Below are positions 8,694-17,666 of a stretch of 64,000 bases of DNA, piece by piece. The stretch covers positions 5,562 through 69,561 of the forward strand of contig JAAWHU010000007.1 in the NCBI GenBank assembly GCA_022796015.1, written 5' to 3'. The stretch comes from Hungatella sp. (GTDB lineage Bacteria > Bacillota > Clostridia > Lachnospirales > Lachnospiraceae). Position 1 is the first letter of the stretch. Each line of letters opens with the position of its first letter. Below the pieces are notes generated by a model. That model saw nothing but the letters and a program-made list of their open reading frames with translations, searched no databases and was not told where the DNA came from. Both the position numbers and the translations under genes were made by a program.

Positions 8694-10007
8694 ATGAAAA
8701 AAAATCTAATGAAAAAATTCTTCCGGTTTGTAATTCCCTCCATTCTGTCTATGCTGGCATTTTCTCTCTATACCATGGTAGACGGCATGTTTGTGGCTAA
8801 GGGGATAGGGGAAAAGGCCCTTGCGGCAGTGAACCTGTCCGCCCCTTATAATTCCGCTATGTTTGCCTGCGGCCTCCTGATTGCAGTGGGAATGTCAACG
8901 GTAATTTCCATAGAACTGGGCAAGGGGGAGAGAGAGCTGGCCAGACGTCTCTTTACCCAAAACCTGCTGGTATCGGCGGCGGTGGCCCTGATCATATCGG
9001 CAGTTACCCTGATGAATCTGGAGGGTGTGGCCCGGTTTCTGGGGGCGACGGAGGATACCCTGGGATATGTCATGGAATATGTGGGGATCATTGCTCCCTT
9101 TGCCGTGTTCTTTATCTGTGCCTACAACATGGAGGTGCTGGTCAAGACCGACGGTACCCCTCAGCTGTCTGTGATCGGCGTATCCTCGGCAGGTCTGGCC
9201 AATGTGGCGCTGGACTGGCTGTTTGTGATGAAGTTCGGCTGGGGGGTAAAAGGGGCGGCATTTGCCACGGGTCTGGCCCAGGTTTTGTCTGTTGTTATCT
9301 ATCTGATTTATTTTGGAAAATACGCTAAGATTCTTGGCTTTACCAGATTTCGATGGAATCTGCGGATCTACGGCAGGACTCTTCCGCTGGGCCTGGCAGA
9401 TGGGATTACGGAATTTTCTAATGGAATCGTAATTTTTCTGTTTAATCAGGCTATTTTGCGGCTTCTGGGGGAGGACGGTGTGGTGAGCTACACCGTAGTA
9501 GGGTATGTGAATACATTGGTGCTTATGATGATGTCCGGGACTGCACAGGGGCTGCAGCCCATCTCCAGCTATCACTATGGCAGAGGAGAAAAGGAGCAGT
9601 ACAAGTTTCTCATGAAACTGGGAATCAGCATGGGACTGATCTTTGGGATCTTAGGCTGGGGCGCTTGTCAGGTATTGGGGAATCAGATTGTGGCCTTATT
9701 TATTGCCCCTTCCAGCCGGCTGTTTGCAGTCAGCGTTACGGCTCTTAAGACCTATGCCTGGGGATTTCTGTTTATGGGGGTCAATGTGGTGACGGCTGCT
9801 TTCTTCACCTCCGTGGAGCGGGCCGGCTATTCCTTTCCCATTTCCATGGGGAGAGGCTTGGTGCTGCCGGCAGCGGCGGTCTTTATGGTATCGGCACTGC
9901 AAAAGGGCCAGTGGATCTGGCTGTGCGGGGCAGCCGCGGAAGGGCTGTGTCTGATGCTTACGATGGTGCTCTTAGCCTGGTATAGGAGAGGCGGCAGGAG
10001 TTCATAG
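8694..10007 (+). CDS. MATE-family efflux transporter.
   Basis: 12-TM protein with the characteristic MATE N-terminus (FFRFVIPSILSMLAFSLYTMVDGMFVAKGIG). I prefer the ATG at 8694 over the GTG at 8676. Confidence 0.85.
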   Translation: MKKNLMKKFFRFVIPSILSMLAFSLYTMVDGMFVAKGIGEKALAAVNLSAPYNSAMFACGLLIAVGMSTVISIELGKGERELARRLFTQNLLVSAAVALIISAVTLMNLEGVARFLGATEDTLGYVMEYVGIIAPFAVFFICAYNMEVLVKTDGTPQLSVIGVSSAGLANVALDWLFVMKFGWGVKGAAFATGLAQVLSVVIYLIYFGKYAKILGFTRFRWNLRIYGRTLPLGLADGITEFSNGIVIFLFNQAILRLLGEDGVVSYTVVGYVNTLVLMMMSGTAQGLQPISSYHYGRGEKEQYKFLMKLGISMGLIFGILGWGACQVLGNQIVALFIAPSSRLFAVSVTALKTYAWGFLFMGVNVVTAAFFTSVERAGYSFPISMGRGLVLPAAAVFMVSALQKGQWIWLCGAAAEGLCLMLTMVLLAWYRRGGRSS

Positions 10008-10146
10008 GGCTGTCTATAAGAAGATGATTATAGATAATTAATCAAGTAACTATTTGTCAGGGAGGCACATTTTTTTTATAATAGAGACATAACAAATCAG
10101 ACGTTTTCCCGGCCGGAGAACAAAACAGAAGAAAAGGAGAATGGTT

Positions 10147-11457
10147 ATGACATTACAGCTTTTTGGAGCAATATTAGGAATTGTGGTATTTATCGCTGTT
10201 TTGATGTTCCGGCTTCCCAACTGGATGACTTATGTGGCAGTGGCGCCTATTGTTGTCTTTTCCGGGGCTATGACAACAAAAGAGGTCTACGCTGTATTTT
10301 CCAGCTCCGGCCTGCAGTTAATGTATATTATCTGTATCTTTATGGGGTTGATGACAGCTACGGGCCTGGACAGTATGATCGGCAATACCGTAGTGACCCA
10401 GGCCAATAAGGTAGCCCACGGCGACCCGGCGAAAACGGAAAAAATGCTTCTTTTGGTGCTCTTTGTATTCGGCAACGTATTTTCGTTTTTCCTGGCCAAC
10501 AACCATGTGGCCATGGCTTTGGTTCCTGTGATCTACGGCATTGCCAAAAGAACGAAACTGAGTTACTCAAAAATGTGTCTCTTTGTGATCTTTTCTACAA
10601 CCATTGGTGGAGCATGTACTCTCATCGGCACCACATCCAATGTATATGCCAACACGGCTCTTCTGGATATGGGACTGAAAGGGCTGGGCATGTTTGACTT
10701 TGCCTGGGTAGGTGTTCCGGTCATGATCGTCGGCGGACTTTACTTAATCGCCTTTCACAAGATGTGCCCCTCCTATGAGGAGACGGTACCGGGCGACGCG
10801 GCAGTTCTTATGGAGGCAAAGGATACAGCTACGCCGGAGATGAAGAAGAAACAGAGGATTGTGCTGGCAGGCTTCGGAGCATTTCTGGTTGGTCTGGTAG
10901 CAGACAGTGTCATGGAGATCCCGGGATTCAGTCCTTACTTCTTCGGCTATGGAATCATCGCGGTGCTGTATTTTTTAAAGGTAGCAAAATCAAAGCAGTT
11001 TTTTACCAGTATCAGTGCCCAGCTGGTTCTGTTCTGTGCAGGTATTAATCTGGCTATTGCCATTATCAAGGTAACACCTCTGGGGGATGTATTCAGTGCG
11101 TTCTTCATCCGCGCTATCGGAGAGAGCAATAACTTGTATGTGATCACGGCTATTCTCTGGGTGGGAACCGTGGTGATGACTCAGTTCATGAACAACATGG
11201 CCTGCGCCGGTGTGCTGGCGCCTGTGGCCATTGAGCTGGCAGGACATCTGGGCGCAGATCCGAGAGCTATGGTTATGGCCATTGCCATGGCGGCAACCAG
11301 TTCCTATCTGACCCCTATGGCATCGGGAACCAACCAGCTGATTATGCCCTTTACAAACCTGAAATTCCAGGATTTTGCCAAATACGGCTGGCCCCTGCTG
11401 ATTATTAATTTTGTATGCTGTATGCTGATTCTTCCCCTGGTGTTTCCGTTTTTCTAA
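10147..11457 (+). CDS. ArsB/NhaD-superfamily anion permease (CitMHS/DASS-like).
   Basis: Polytopic membrane protein of 436 aa with a duplicated hairpin-rich transporter-type composition. The ATG at 10147 has better RBS spacing than the ATG at 10141. Confidence 0.7.
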   Translation: MTLQLFGAILGIVVFIAVLMFRLPNWMTYVAVAPIVVFSGAMTTKEVYAVFSSSGLQLMYIICIFMGLMTATGLDSMIGNTVVTQANKVAHGDPAKTEKMLLLVLFVFGNVFSFFLANNHVAMALVPVIYGIAKRTKLSYSKMCLFVIFSTTIGGACTLIGTTSNVYANTALLDMGLKGLGMFDFAWVGVPVMIVGGLYLIAFHKMCPSYEETVPGDAAVLMEAKDTATPEMKKKQRIVLAGFGAFLVGLVADSVMEIPGFSPYFFGYGIIAVLYFLKVAKSKQFFTSISAQLVLFCAGINLAIAIIKVTPLGDVFSAFFIRAIGESNNLYVITAILWVGTVVMTQFMNNMACAGVLAPVAIELAGHLGADPRAMVMAIAMAATSSYLTPMASGTNQLIMPFTNLKFQDFAKYGWPLLIINFVCCMLILPLVFPFF

Positions 11458-11531
11458 CATGTGTCTGGCACATGTTTCAGCACACCGGCAGGGAACTTAA
11501 ACTGTGAGAAACTAAAATTGGAGGAGAGATA

Positions 11532-12608
11532 ATGATGAAGAACAGACGGCTGCGGGAAATATATGTGAAATCTTCTGACCCCTTTGAACGGGGACGTCAG
11601 CATGGCGCTCAGGTACAGGAAGAGATTGCCCGGGTATGTGAAGGATACAGAAAATCCTTTGAGCGTAAAGGGTATACATGGGAAGAGGCACAGGACATGG
11701 CTATGGAGTATGTGCCGTATCTGGAAAAAGAGATGCCGGAATTAATGGAGGAGGCAAAGGGGATTGCTGCCGGGGCAGGGGTGGAACTGGCGGTGATCAT
11801 GGTTCTCAATACCCGTTATGAACTCCTGAAATTTAAGAAGAATGTGAACAGCTATGAGAACAGCGAATGTACCTGCTATGCAGTGACCTCCGAAGCAACG
11901 AAGGATGGAGAAACCATAGGCGGTCAGAACTGGGACAATGCCCCCTTTATAGGGGAGAACCTGTATGTGCTCCACATTGATGAAGACAACGGTACCCGGA
12001 TCGTAGGTCTGACAGAACCGGCCCAGCTTCTTCGGAGCGGTATGAACAGTCACGGCATTTCGGTAAACTGCAGTACGCTGCTGTCTGTAAAGGATGTGAG
12101 GGGGATCGCCGTTCCCACCAACTTTATGAGAAGAAGAATTATGCAGTGCAGAGATTTAGAGGAGGCAAAGACGCTGGTGGAACGGTTAAAGCCTTGTGTA
12201 TCGATTAATTATGTCATGGCGTCTGCCAAGGGAGATGCGGTGGTCTATGAGACAACGCCTGTAGAAAATTTCAGGCTGGTTCCATCTGCAGGCGTGATCA
12301 CTCAGGGAAATGATATTCAGGTGGATCCCACCATCGACCGTTTTATGCCGGCAGACAAGGCCCATCACCATCATTTCCGCGGACAGAGGCTGGGATATCT
12401 TCTGAGAAAGAAGAGCGGAGACATTACTGCAGAATACATTCAGGAATGTCTGAAAGACCATTACGGATATCCGGCTTCCGTGTGCAACCATGCGGCAGAT
12501 GAAAACCTGCAGACCATTGCCTCTATGCTGTACTGTGTTAATCGGGGGTATGCCCTGATTGCCTGGGGCAATCCCTGTGAGACGGCTTACGAGAAATATG
12601 AATTGTAG
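11532..12608 (+). CDS. Peptidase C45 / acyl-CoA:6-APA acyltransferase-family protein (Ntn-hydrolase fold).
   Basis: 358 aa with a conserved internal Cys (SECTCYAV) typical of autoproteolytic C45 family members. RBS is GGAGGAGAG. Confidence 0.6.
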   Translation: MMKNRRLREIYVKSSDPFERGRQHGAQVQEEIARVCEGYRKSFERKGYTWEEAQDMAMEYVPYLEKEMPELMEEAKGIAAGAGVELAVIMVLNTRYELLKFKKNVNSYENSECTCYAVTSEATKDGETIGGQNWDNAPFIGENLYVLHIDEDNGTRIVGLTEPAQLLRSGMNSHGISVNCSTLLSVKDVRGIAVPTNFMRRRIMQCRDLEEAKTLVERLKPCVSINYVMASAKGDAVVYETTPVENFRLVPSAGVITQGNDIQVDPTIDRFMPADKAHHHHFRGQRLGYLLRKKSGDITAEYIQECLKDHYGYPASVCNHAADENLQTIASMLYCVNRGYALIAWGNPCETAYEKYEL

Positions 12609-12618
12609 ATTCACATTG

Positions 12619-13029
12619 TCATGAAGCTTTCTTTTTAATACTCAGAAGAAAGAGCACCATGGAAACACCTGTTATGATGTGGCCGATACCGGCAACACCG
12701 GAGATGGAGGCATCCATACCCCTGCTTAGCTCGGTTCCCCATACCTGAGTTAAGCCTCTTGCAAGAAGGCCAAGGCCTGTTATATTCAGCCCTGTCTGGT
12801 AGGCTATGAGAACCTTTTTGGTGCCCTGTCCGGAAAAAGAAAGGACCTTCTCACACAGCATCAGCATGAGAAAGAAAAACATGCCCAGCAGAAAATAGTG
12901 GGTGTGCATGACGGAAAGATTGGTCTTTCCCGTGAAATGGCTGAACTTTGTAAATTCCCTGTAAAAAACTCCGGCTATCATGGCAATGACTGCATAGGTC
13001 AGGGCCAAGTTGGCATAACGCTTTGTCAT
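12619..13029 (-). CDS. Small polytopic membrane protein (DUF2871-like).
   Basis: 136 aa with four predicted TM helices. RBS is AAAGGAGAAG. It is convergent with the C45 gene and divergent from rubredoxin. Confidence 0.55.
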   Translation of the reverse strand: MTKRYANLALTYAVIAMIAGVFYREFTKFSHFTGKTNLSVMHTHYFLLGMFFFLMLMLCEKVLSFSGQGTKKVLIAYQTGLNITGLGLLARGLTQVWGTELSRGMDASISGVAGIGHIITGVSMVLFLLSIKKKAS

Positions 13030-13056
13030 TATGGCTTCTCCTTTTTTGAATTTTAA

Positions 13057-13070
13057 ATGAACAAGTTCAT
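13057..13070. promoter_or_regulatory. Perfect 6-2-6 palindrome ATGAACaaGTTCAT between divergent genes. It is a candidate operator.
   Basis: It lies in the shared promoter region of the DUF2871 membrane-protein gene (minus strand) and rubredoxin (plus strand), about 45 nt upstream of the rubredoxin -35. Confidence 0.3.
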
Positions 13071-13116
13071 CTATATTATAAATGTCCTGATGAAGATTGT
13101 CAATGCAAAATAAAAA

Positions 13117-13145
13117 TTGACGAATCTGTCCGGCAGCTCTATAAT
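13117..13145 (+). promoter_or_regulatory. Sigma-A type promoter for rubredoxin: TTGACG, 17-nt spacer, TATAAT.
   Basis: TTGACG at 13117-13122, a 17-nt spacer, TATAAT at 13140-13145. Confidence 0.5.
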
Positions 13146-13188
13146 GGGTGTGCAGTACTATAGATTCTGTACAAAAGGAGAGATCAAT

Positions 13189-13344
13189 ATGAAGTATGTA
13201 TGCGATGTATGCGGCTGGGAGTATGATGAGGAAAAGGGATATCCGGAAGGCGGGATCGCTCCGGGAACAAAGTGGGAGGATGTGCCGGAAGATTTTGAGT
13301 GTCCTCTCTGCTCTGTAGGTAAGGACCAGTTTTCAGAAGTATAG
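13189..13344 (+). CDS. rd: Rubredoxin.
   Basis: 51 aa: [15 protein letters not shown]...[13 protein letters not shown], with two CxxC pairs and an AGGAGAG RBS. The track's N-terminal extension from 13117 was rejected. Confidence 0.9.
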   Translation: MKYVCDVCGWEYDEEKGYPEGGIAPGTKWEDVPEDFECPLCSVGKDQFSEV

Positions 13345-13350
13345 TTAGGC

Positions 13351-13394
13351 AGAAACGGGTTTAGGAAGAGATTCCTGAACCCGTTTCTTATTTG
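13351..13394. terminator. Bidirectional intrinsic terminator between rubredoxin (plus strand) and the Fe-S membrane protein gene (minus strand).
   Basis: Stem GAAACGGGTT...AACCCGTTTC followed by TTATTT on the plus strand and by an A/T run on the minus strand. Confidence 0.6.
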
Positions 13395-13396
13395 TC

Positions 13397-13975
13397 TCAG
13401 CTCTTATTTTTCAGCTTACAGATCAACTGGGTCATGGTCCCCATAGGGCAGTATACGCACCAGGAGCGGGGTTTAAACAGAATCATGGTGAAAAACCCCA
13501 GGACAGTGGAGGTAAGCATAACGCTGTAGAATCCAAAGGCAAACTGCGCCACGCCATGGGAGAAAAACGTGCCATGGTAAGCCCAGTGCCAGGGAACCTT
13601 AAAGGTCCACAAAAGGGTCACAGCCATGCTCAGATCCTTTGCTCCCGCAAATACCAGATATGTATTCCACAGCATGAGAAAGAACATCACAAAGAAGAAG
13701 GTCAAAAATCCGTATCGGAAAACGCCTGACTTCATCCACCCCGGAATATCCTTTTTCCGGGAGAGGCCGAATCTGCCGCCTGCCAAGGCGAACAGCTGTC
13801 CTCGGCCGCAATACCGATTGCAGTAGGATTTGTTGCCCTTTGCAATGGAGATAATCAGCGGTATAAAAAAGCAGAAAAGCCCAAGCCAGGCAAAAAGGAT
13901 ATTGAAAAATCCCAGAATCAGGTAGGTGAGAGAAACGACCCAAAGGTAATCATACCATTTCTTTTTCTTGTTCAT
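13397..13975 (-). CDS. 4Fe-4S-binding polytopic membrane protein.
   Basis: Start MNKKKKW. Its ATG overlaps the ferredoxin stop (ATGA). Cys motifs CNRYCGRG and CVYCPMG flank the TM helices. Confidence 0.7.
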   Translation of the reverse strand: MNKKKKWYDYLWVVSLTYLILGFFNILFAWLGLFCFFIPLIISIAKGNKSYCNRYCGRGQLFALAGGRFGLSRKKDIPGWMKSGVFRYGFLTFFFVMFFLMLWNTYLVFAGAKDLSMAVTLLWTFKVPWHWAYHGTFFSHGVAQFAFGFYSVMLTSTVLGFFTMILFKPRSWCVYCPMGTMTQLICKLKNKS

Positions 13976-14169
13976 GATTCCAGCACCTCCAATGTAATTA
14001 CGCTTGCCGGACATTCCTTCATACATTTTCCGCACCCCACACATAATTCCCGGTCAACCTGGGCGAAGATTCCTTTTGGTATGGAGATGGCATTTTTGGG
14101 ACAGACCTTCATGCAGCATCCGCAGGCCACACACAGCCGGGTGCTGACCAGCGCTTTTCTTTTTGCCAT
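13972..14169 (-). CDS. Small 4Fe-4S ferredoxin.
   Basis: 65 aa: MAKRK...CVACGCCMKVCP...CVGCGKCMKECP, with two CxxCxxCxxxCP clusters. RBS AAAGGAG is 10 nt upstream. Confidence 0.7.
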   Translation of the reverse strand: MAKRKALVSTRLCVACGCCMKVCPKNAISIPKGIFAQVDRELCVGCGKCMKECPASVITLEVLES

Positions 14170-14248
14170 AATAAAAGACTCCTTTATGTTTTTTACCAGT
14201 ATATTCGGAAAAATGATTTTATTCTGTGACAAAGTCACAAGGCCCGAA

Positions 14249-15259
14249 TTATCCTGATACCTTCCATAGAATGTCCCGGTTAATGGTCCGATAGAACAGT
14301 TCTCTCGCCCTCCCTCTGTCCTTGGTCTGTCCCAGAATCCACATGAGCTTGGTTACGGTAGCCTCCAGAGTCATGTCATAGGACTCTAAAAGGCCGAAGG
14401 CGTTCTTAATATTCCGTCCCACCTCATAGATGGACATGTTGCTGCCCTCATTGGTAACCTGGGTGGTCATGACTACCACCTTTCCAAGGGAGATCCACTT
14501 CTCTATGACAGGGTAATAATCGCCGGTCTCATAGCTTGGCAGCCCTCCCACGCCGAAGGACTCGATAATCACCGCATCGTAATGTCCGGCCATATACTCG
14601 AGAACCGTAGCGTCCATGGAGGGAATTAGCTTTAAAAGCCCTACACGGCAATCCAGCTCATGGAAAAAGACTGCCGGAGCCTTCACAGACTCTTTGTCAT
14701 CAATATAGAAGAGAATCTGGCTTTCCTGGATGGTGGCGATGTAAGGGAAATTAATGCTGGAAAATGCATCATAGCTTTTGGTGCGCTCTTTCTTTCCCCT
14801 GGTCCCGGCGATGACCTTGCCATCAAAGACAATAACCACACCGTGGGAGCGGTCACAGGAGGCAAAGCGCAGGCTGTCGGACAGATTGGTCTTGGCATCG
14901 GTGATCTCCATGTCGATGGGCTTTTGGGCTCCGGTGATAACAATGGGCTTTTGCGAGTTCTGAATCAGGTAGGACAGGGCGGCGGCAGTGTAGGCCATGG
15001 TGTCGGTACCATGGCAGATGACAAATCCGTCATAGTGTTCATAATGCTCCTCTATGGCGGAGGCCATGGCCAGCCAGTGCCCCGGTTGGATATTGGTGCT
15101 GTCAAGGTTAAACAGCTGCAGGGCGTCTGTCTTGCAGAATTCCCTTGCAGAGGGCACATAGGCGAGAAGCTCTTCAGAGGAAATCAAGGGCTTTAAGCCG
15201 GCGTCGCTGCGTTTGCAGGCAATGGTGCCTCCTGTGGCGATGAGTAAAATACGTTTCAT
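14249..15259 (-). CDS. ansA: L-asparaginase (type I, cytoplasmic-type).
   Basis: Start MKRILLIATGGTIA with the catalytic TGGTIA threonine motif, then HGTDTM. RBS is AAAGGAG. The track's extension to 15322 was rejected. Confidence 0.85.
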   Translation of the reverse strand: MKRILLIATGGTIACKRSDAGLKPLISSEELLAYVPSAREFCKTDALQLFNLDSTNIQPGHWLAMASAIEEHYEHYDGFVICHGTDTMAYTAAALSYLIQNSQKPIVITGAQKPIDMEITDAKTNLSDSLRFASCDRSHGVVIVFDGKVIAGTRGKKERTKSYDAFSSINFPYIATIQESQILFYIDDKESVKAPAVFFHELDCRVGLLKLIPSMDATVLEYMAGHYDAVIIESFGVGGLPSYETGDYYPVIEKWISLGKVVVMTTQVTNEGSNMSIYEVGRNIKNAFGLLESYDMTLEATVTKLMWILGQTKDRGRARELFYRTINRDILWKVSG

Positions 15260-15270
15260 AATAAACTCCT

Positions 15271-16836
15271 TTACAGAAGCGGTGACAGAAGCCGGCTGCA
15301 CTGCTCCTTCATGCGAACCCAAAGGCTTCTGTTTTCATACCGCTCTTTTGTTATTTCCTGACAATTCTTTAAGTCCTCTAAGAATGCATGTTCCAGACGG
15401 CCGGTGATCTCCCGGTCAAAGATGGTGGCGTTGACCTCAAAATTCAGCTCAAAGCTGCGGATATCCATGTTGGCTGTGCCGTAGCAGCTCACAAGGCCGT
15501 CTGCCATAACACCCTTGGCGTGAAGAAAGCCGTTTTCATAGGTGTAGCACTTGGCTCCCACTGCCAGAAGGTCGCCTACATAGGAGTAGGAGGCCCAGTA
15601 TACAAAGGGATGATCCGGCTTGCAGGGAATCATAAGCCTTACATCCACCCCTGATTCCGCCGCCATTTTGAGAGCCGAGAGAACGGCGTCATCAGGAACA
15701 AAATAGGGGGTCTGGATGTAAATATGTTTTTTGGCTTTGTGAAACAGCTGGAGGTAGTTGTTGCGGATCTGCCGGTTGCTGGCATCAGGGCCGCTGCTGA
15801 TGATCTGGACCTGAGCCATTTTTTTGTGAGCGTCATTAGGCAGGATGTGTGACAGAGCATTTGGCTGTGAGCCAGAGCCTTGAACGGAAGGGTCATGGGA
15901 GGGAACCGCATCCAATCCGAAATACCGGCCCTGTTTAAACAGATTTTCTTTTACTGCATAGTTCCAGTCCAGGGCGAACCGGATCTGCAGGCTGTAGACG
16001 GCGCTTCCTCTGATCTTTAAGTGGGTATCCCGCCAGTAGCCGAATTTGGGATCCTTAGAGATATACTCCCTACCGATATTAAAGCCTCCTACATACCCCA
16101 CCTTCCCATCGATGACTACGATCTTCCTGTGATTGCGATAGTTGACGCGGAGCTGAAGCCTTCCTAAAAATGCAGGAAAGAATTCACCTACAAGAATCCC
16201 TGTGGCTCTTAAGTCGTTCCACACCCGGTTCGGCATAAAGCGGCCTCCCATACCATCGTAGAGAATCCGCACGTTTACACCTTGGGCAGCTTTGGCTTTT
16301 AGGATAGGAATTAGGCCCTGGAATAGCTCGTCGTTTTTAATGATGTAGTACTGAATATGAATATAATCCTTGGCCTGCTCCAGCTCCTGAGCCAGATCGC
16401 GGAATTTTTCCTCACCATCTGTGAAAATGTCCACTTGGTTGTCACCGGTGAGGACAGCCCCGGAGGTCTCCATATTGTACAGAACCAGTTTTTCGTATTC
16501 CTGATATCCGGGATCTTTAAGCCATATTTTTCGGTTCACCACGGCAGATTCCAGAGTCCTTACGGAATAGCGCAGACGGTCCTCCACCTCCTTTACCCGA
16601 AACATCTTATTTTTCCTGTAATCCTGGCACAGGAGAAGATAAAGCAGAAAACCGAAAATCGGTACAAAGTACAGGGCCAGAAGCCAGGTCCACACGGCTT
16701 TGGGATCACGTCTCTGAAAAAATACAATTACAACAGACAGAAACAGATTGATGTAGAGCAGATGATCCATCATCCATTGCCAGATTTTAATCATCTGAAC
16801 GGGTATCTCTGTCAAGACTTCCATAACCAATTCCAT
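15271..16836 (-). CDS. cls: Cardiolipin synthase (PLD superfamily).
   Basis: Two N-terminal TM helices and two HxKxxxxD motifs (HRKIVVIDG and HAKGVMADG). Confidence 0.9.
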   Translation of the reverse strand: MELVMEVLTEIPVQMIKIWQWMMDHLLYINLFLSVVIVFFQRRDPKAVWTWLLALYFVPIFGFLLYLLLCQDYRKNKMFRVKEVEDRLRYSVRTLESAVVNRKIWLKDPGYQEYEKLVLYNMETSGAVLTGDNQVDIFTDGEEKFRDLAQELEQAKDYIHIQYYIIKNDELFQGLIPILKAKAAQGVNVRILYDGMGGRFMPNRVWNDLRATGILVGEFFPAFLGRLQLRVNYRNHRKIVVIDGKVGYVGGFNIGREYISKDPKFGYWRDTHLKIRGSAVYSLQIRFALDWNYAVKENLFKQGRYFGLDAVPSHDPSVQGSGSQPNALSHILPNDAHKKMAQVQIISSGPDASNRQIRNNYLQLFHKAKKHIYIQTPYFVPDDAVLSALKMAAESGVDVRLMIPCKPDHPFVYWASYSYVGDLLAVGAKCYTYENGFLHAKGVMADGLVSCYGTANMDIRSFELNFEVNATIFDREITGRLEHAFLEDLKNCQEITKERYENRSLWVRMKEQCSRLLSPLL

Positions 16837-16857
16837 AAATAGTAGGTCCTTATTATT

Positions 16858-17034
16858 TTATACAAACTGATTTTTCTCCGGGTCATACTGGTAATCAATA
16901 CGGCCTAAAGATTGTTCTATGGTCTCCTGGTCTAAAGCCAGGGCGCTGCAGCACTCTTTTAAAGAAGGGTAGAAGTCCCGCAGCTGAGTATTTAAGTAAC
17001 TTAAAAGCATAACCGGATCTTTTGGAATATTCAT
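16858..17034 (-). CDS. Small DUF4250-like protein of 58 aa. It is not in the ORF track.
   Basis: Translation: MNIPKDPVMLLSYLNTQLRDFYPSLKECCSALALDQETIEQSLGRIDYQYDPEKNQFV. RBS AAAGGAGG is 7 nt upstream. It lies 22 nt upstream of cls on the same strand. Confidence 0.55.
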   Translation of the reverse strand: MNIPKDPVMLLSYLNTQLRDFYPSLKECCSALALDQETIEQSLGRIDYQYDPEKNQFV

Positions 17035-17141
17035 AGGAGCGCCTCCTTTTCATAGATAGTTTGATCCTGGCAGTATCAGTTTACTCAAAAAATCACAGGA
17101 TATCAAGAATAAAATTATTTACCCTGCGCATACTTCCCACC

Positions 17142-17597
17142 ATGAGTACAGTATATAAAGTAAAAGAAGCAGGCAGAAATTTTTTTAAATGCGGGATTGC
17201 GGGATGGTGTCTTGAGGTGCTCTTTACATCTGCAGAGTCATTTGTCCTTCACGACTGGCGGCTTATGGGTAAGACATCTCTTCTCATGTTTCCCATATAC
17301 GGCATGGGGGCTCTGCTGGCGCCTATTGGAAAGCTGGTGGACCGATGGCTGGAAGTGGACCCCGGGAAAATACTGGCGGTCAGGGACCGAGTCATGCGCC
17401 ACGGAACTCTGTATATGGTGCTGATCTTTGTGGCAGAGTATGTATGCGGCTCCTGGTTAAGGGCAAGGGGAATCTGTCCGTGGGACTACACCGGGCGTCA
17501 TTCCAATGTAGATGGTCTGATCCGTCTGGATTTTGCACCTTTATGGTTTATGACAGGACTTTTATTTGAACAAATCACAAAAAAGAAAGGCGCCTAG
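17142..17597 (+). CDS. Small membrane protein of the CmpB-like 'putative ABC-transporter type IV' family.
   Basis: The GIAGWCLEVLFTS motif resembles the conserved GWxxE segment of that family. It has four TM helices. The start is uncertain: the ATG at 17142 has no clear RBS, and the track's TTG at 17061 overlaps the divergent promoter. Confidence 0.55.
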   Translation: MSTVYKVKEAGRNFFKCGIAGWCLEVLFTSAESFVLHDWRLMGKTSLLMFPIYGMGALLAPIGKLVDRWLEVDPGKILAVRDRVMRHGTLYMVLIFVAEYVCGSWLRARGICPWDYTGRHSNVDGLIRLDFAPLWFMTGLLFEQITKKKGA

Positions 17598-17622
17598 ACT
17601 TGCATCTGCGCCTTTCTTTTTA
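17581..17622 (+). terminator. Intrinsic terminator.
   Basis: AAAGAAAGGCGC-ctagacttgcatct-GCGCCTTTCTTTTT. A 12-bp stem is followed by a T-run. It overlaps the stop codon at 17595-17597. Confidence 0.7.
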
Positions 17623-17666
17623 TATAATAAAGGGATGAAAACAAAGGGGACAACAGGTGATAAATT

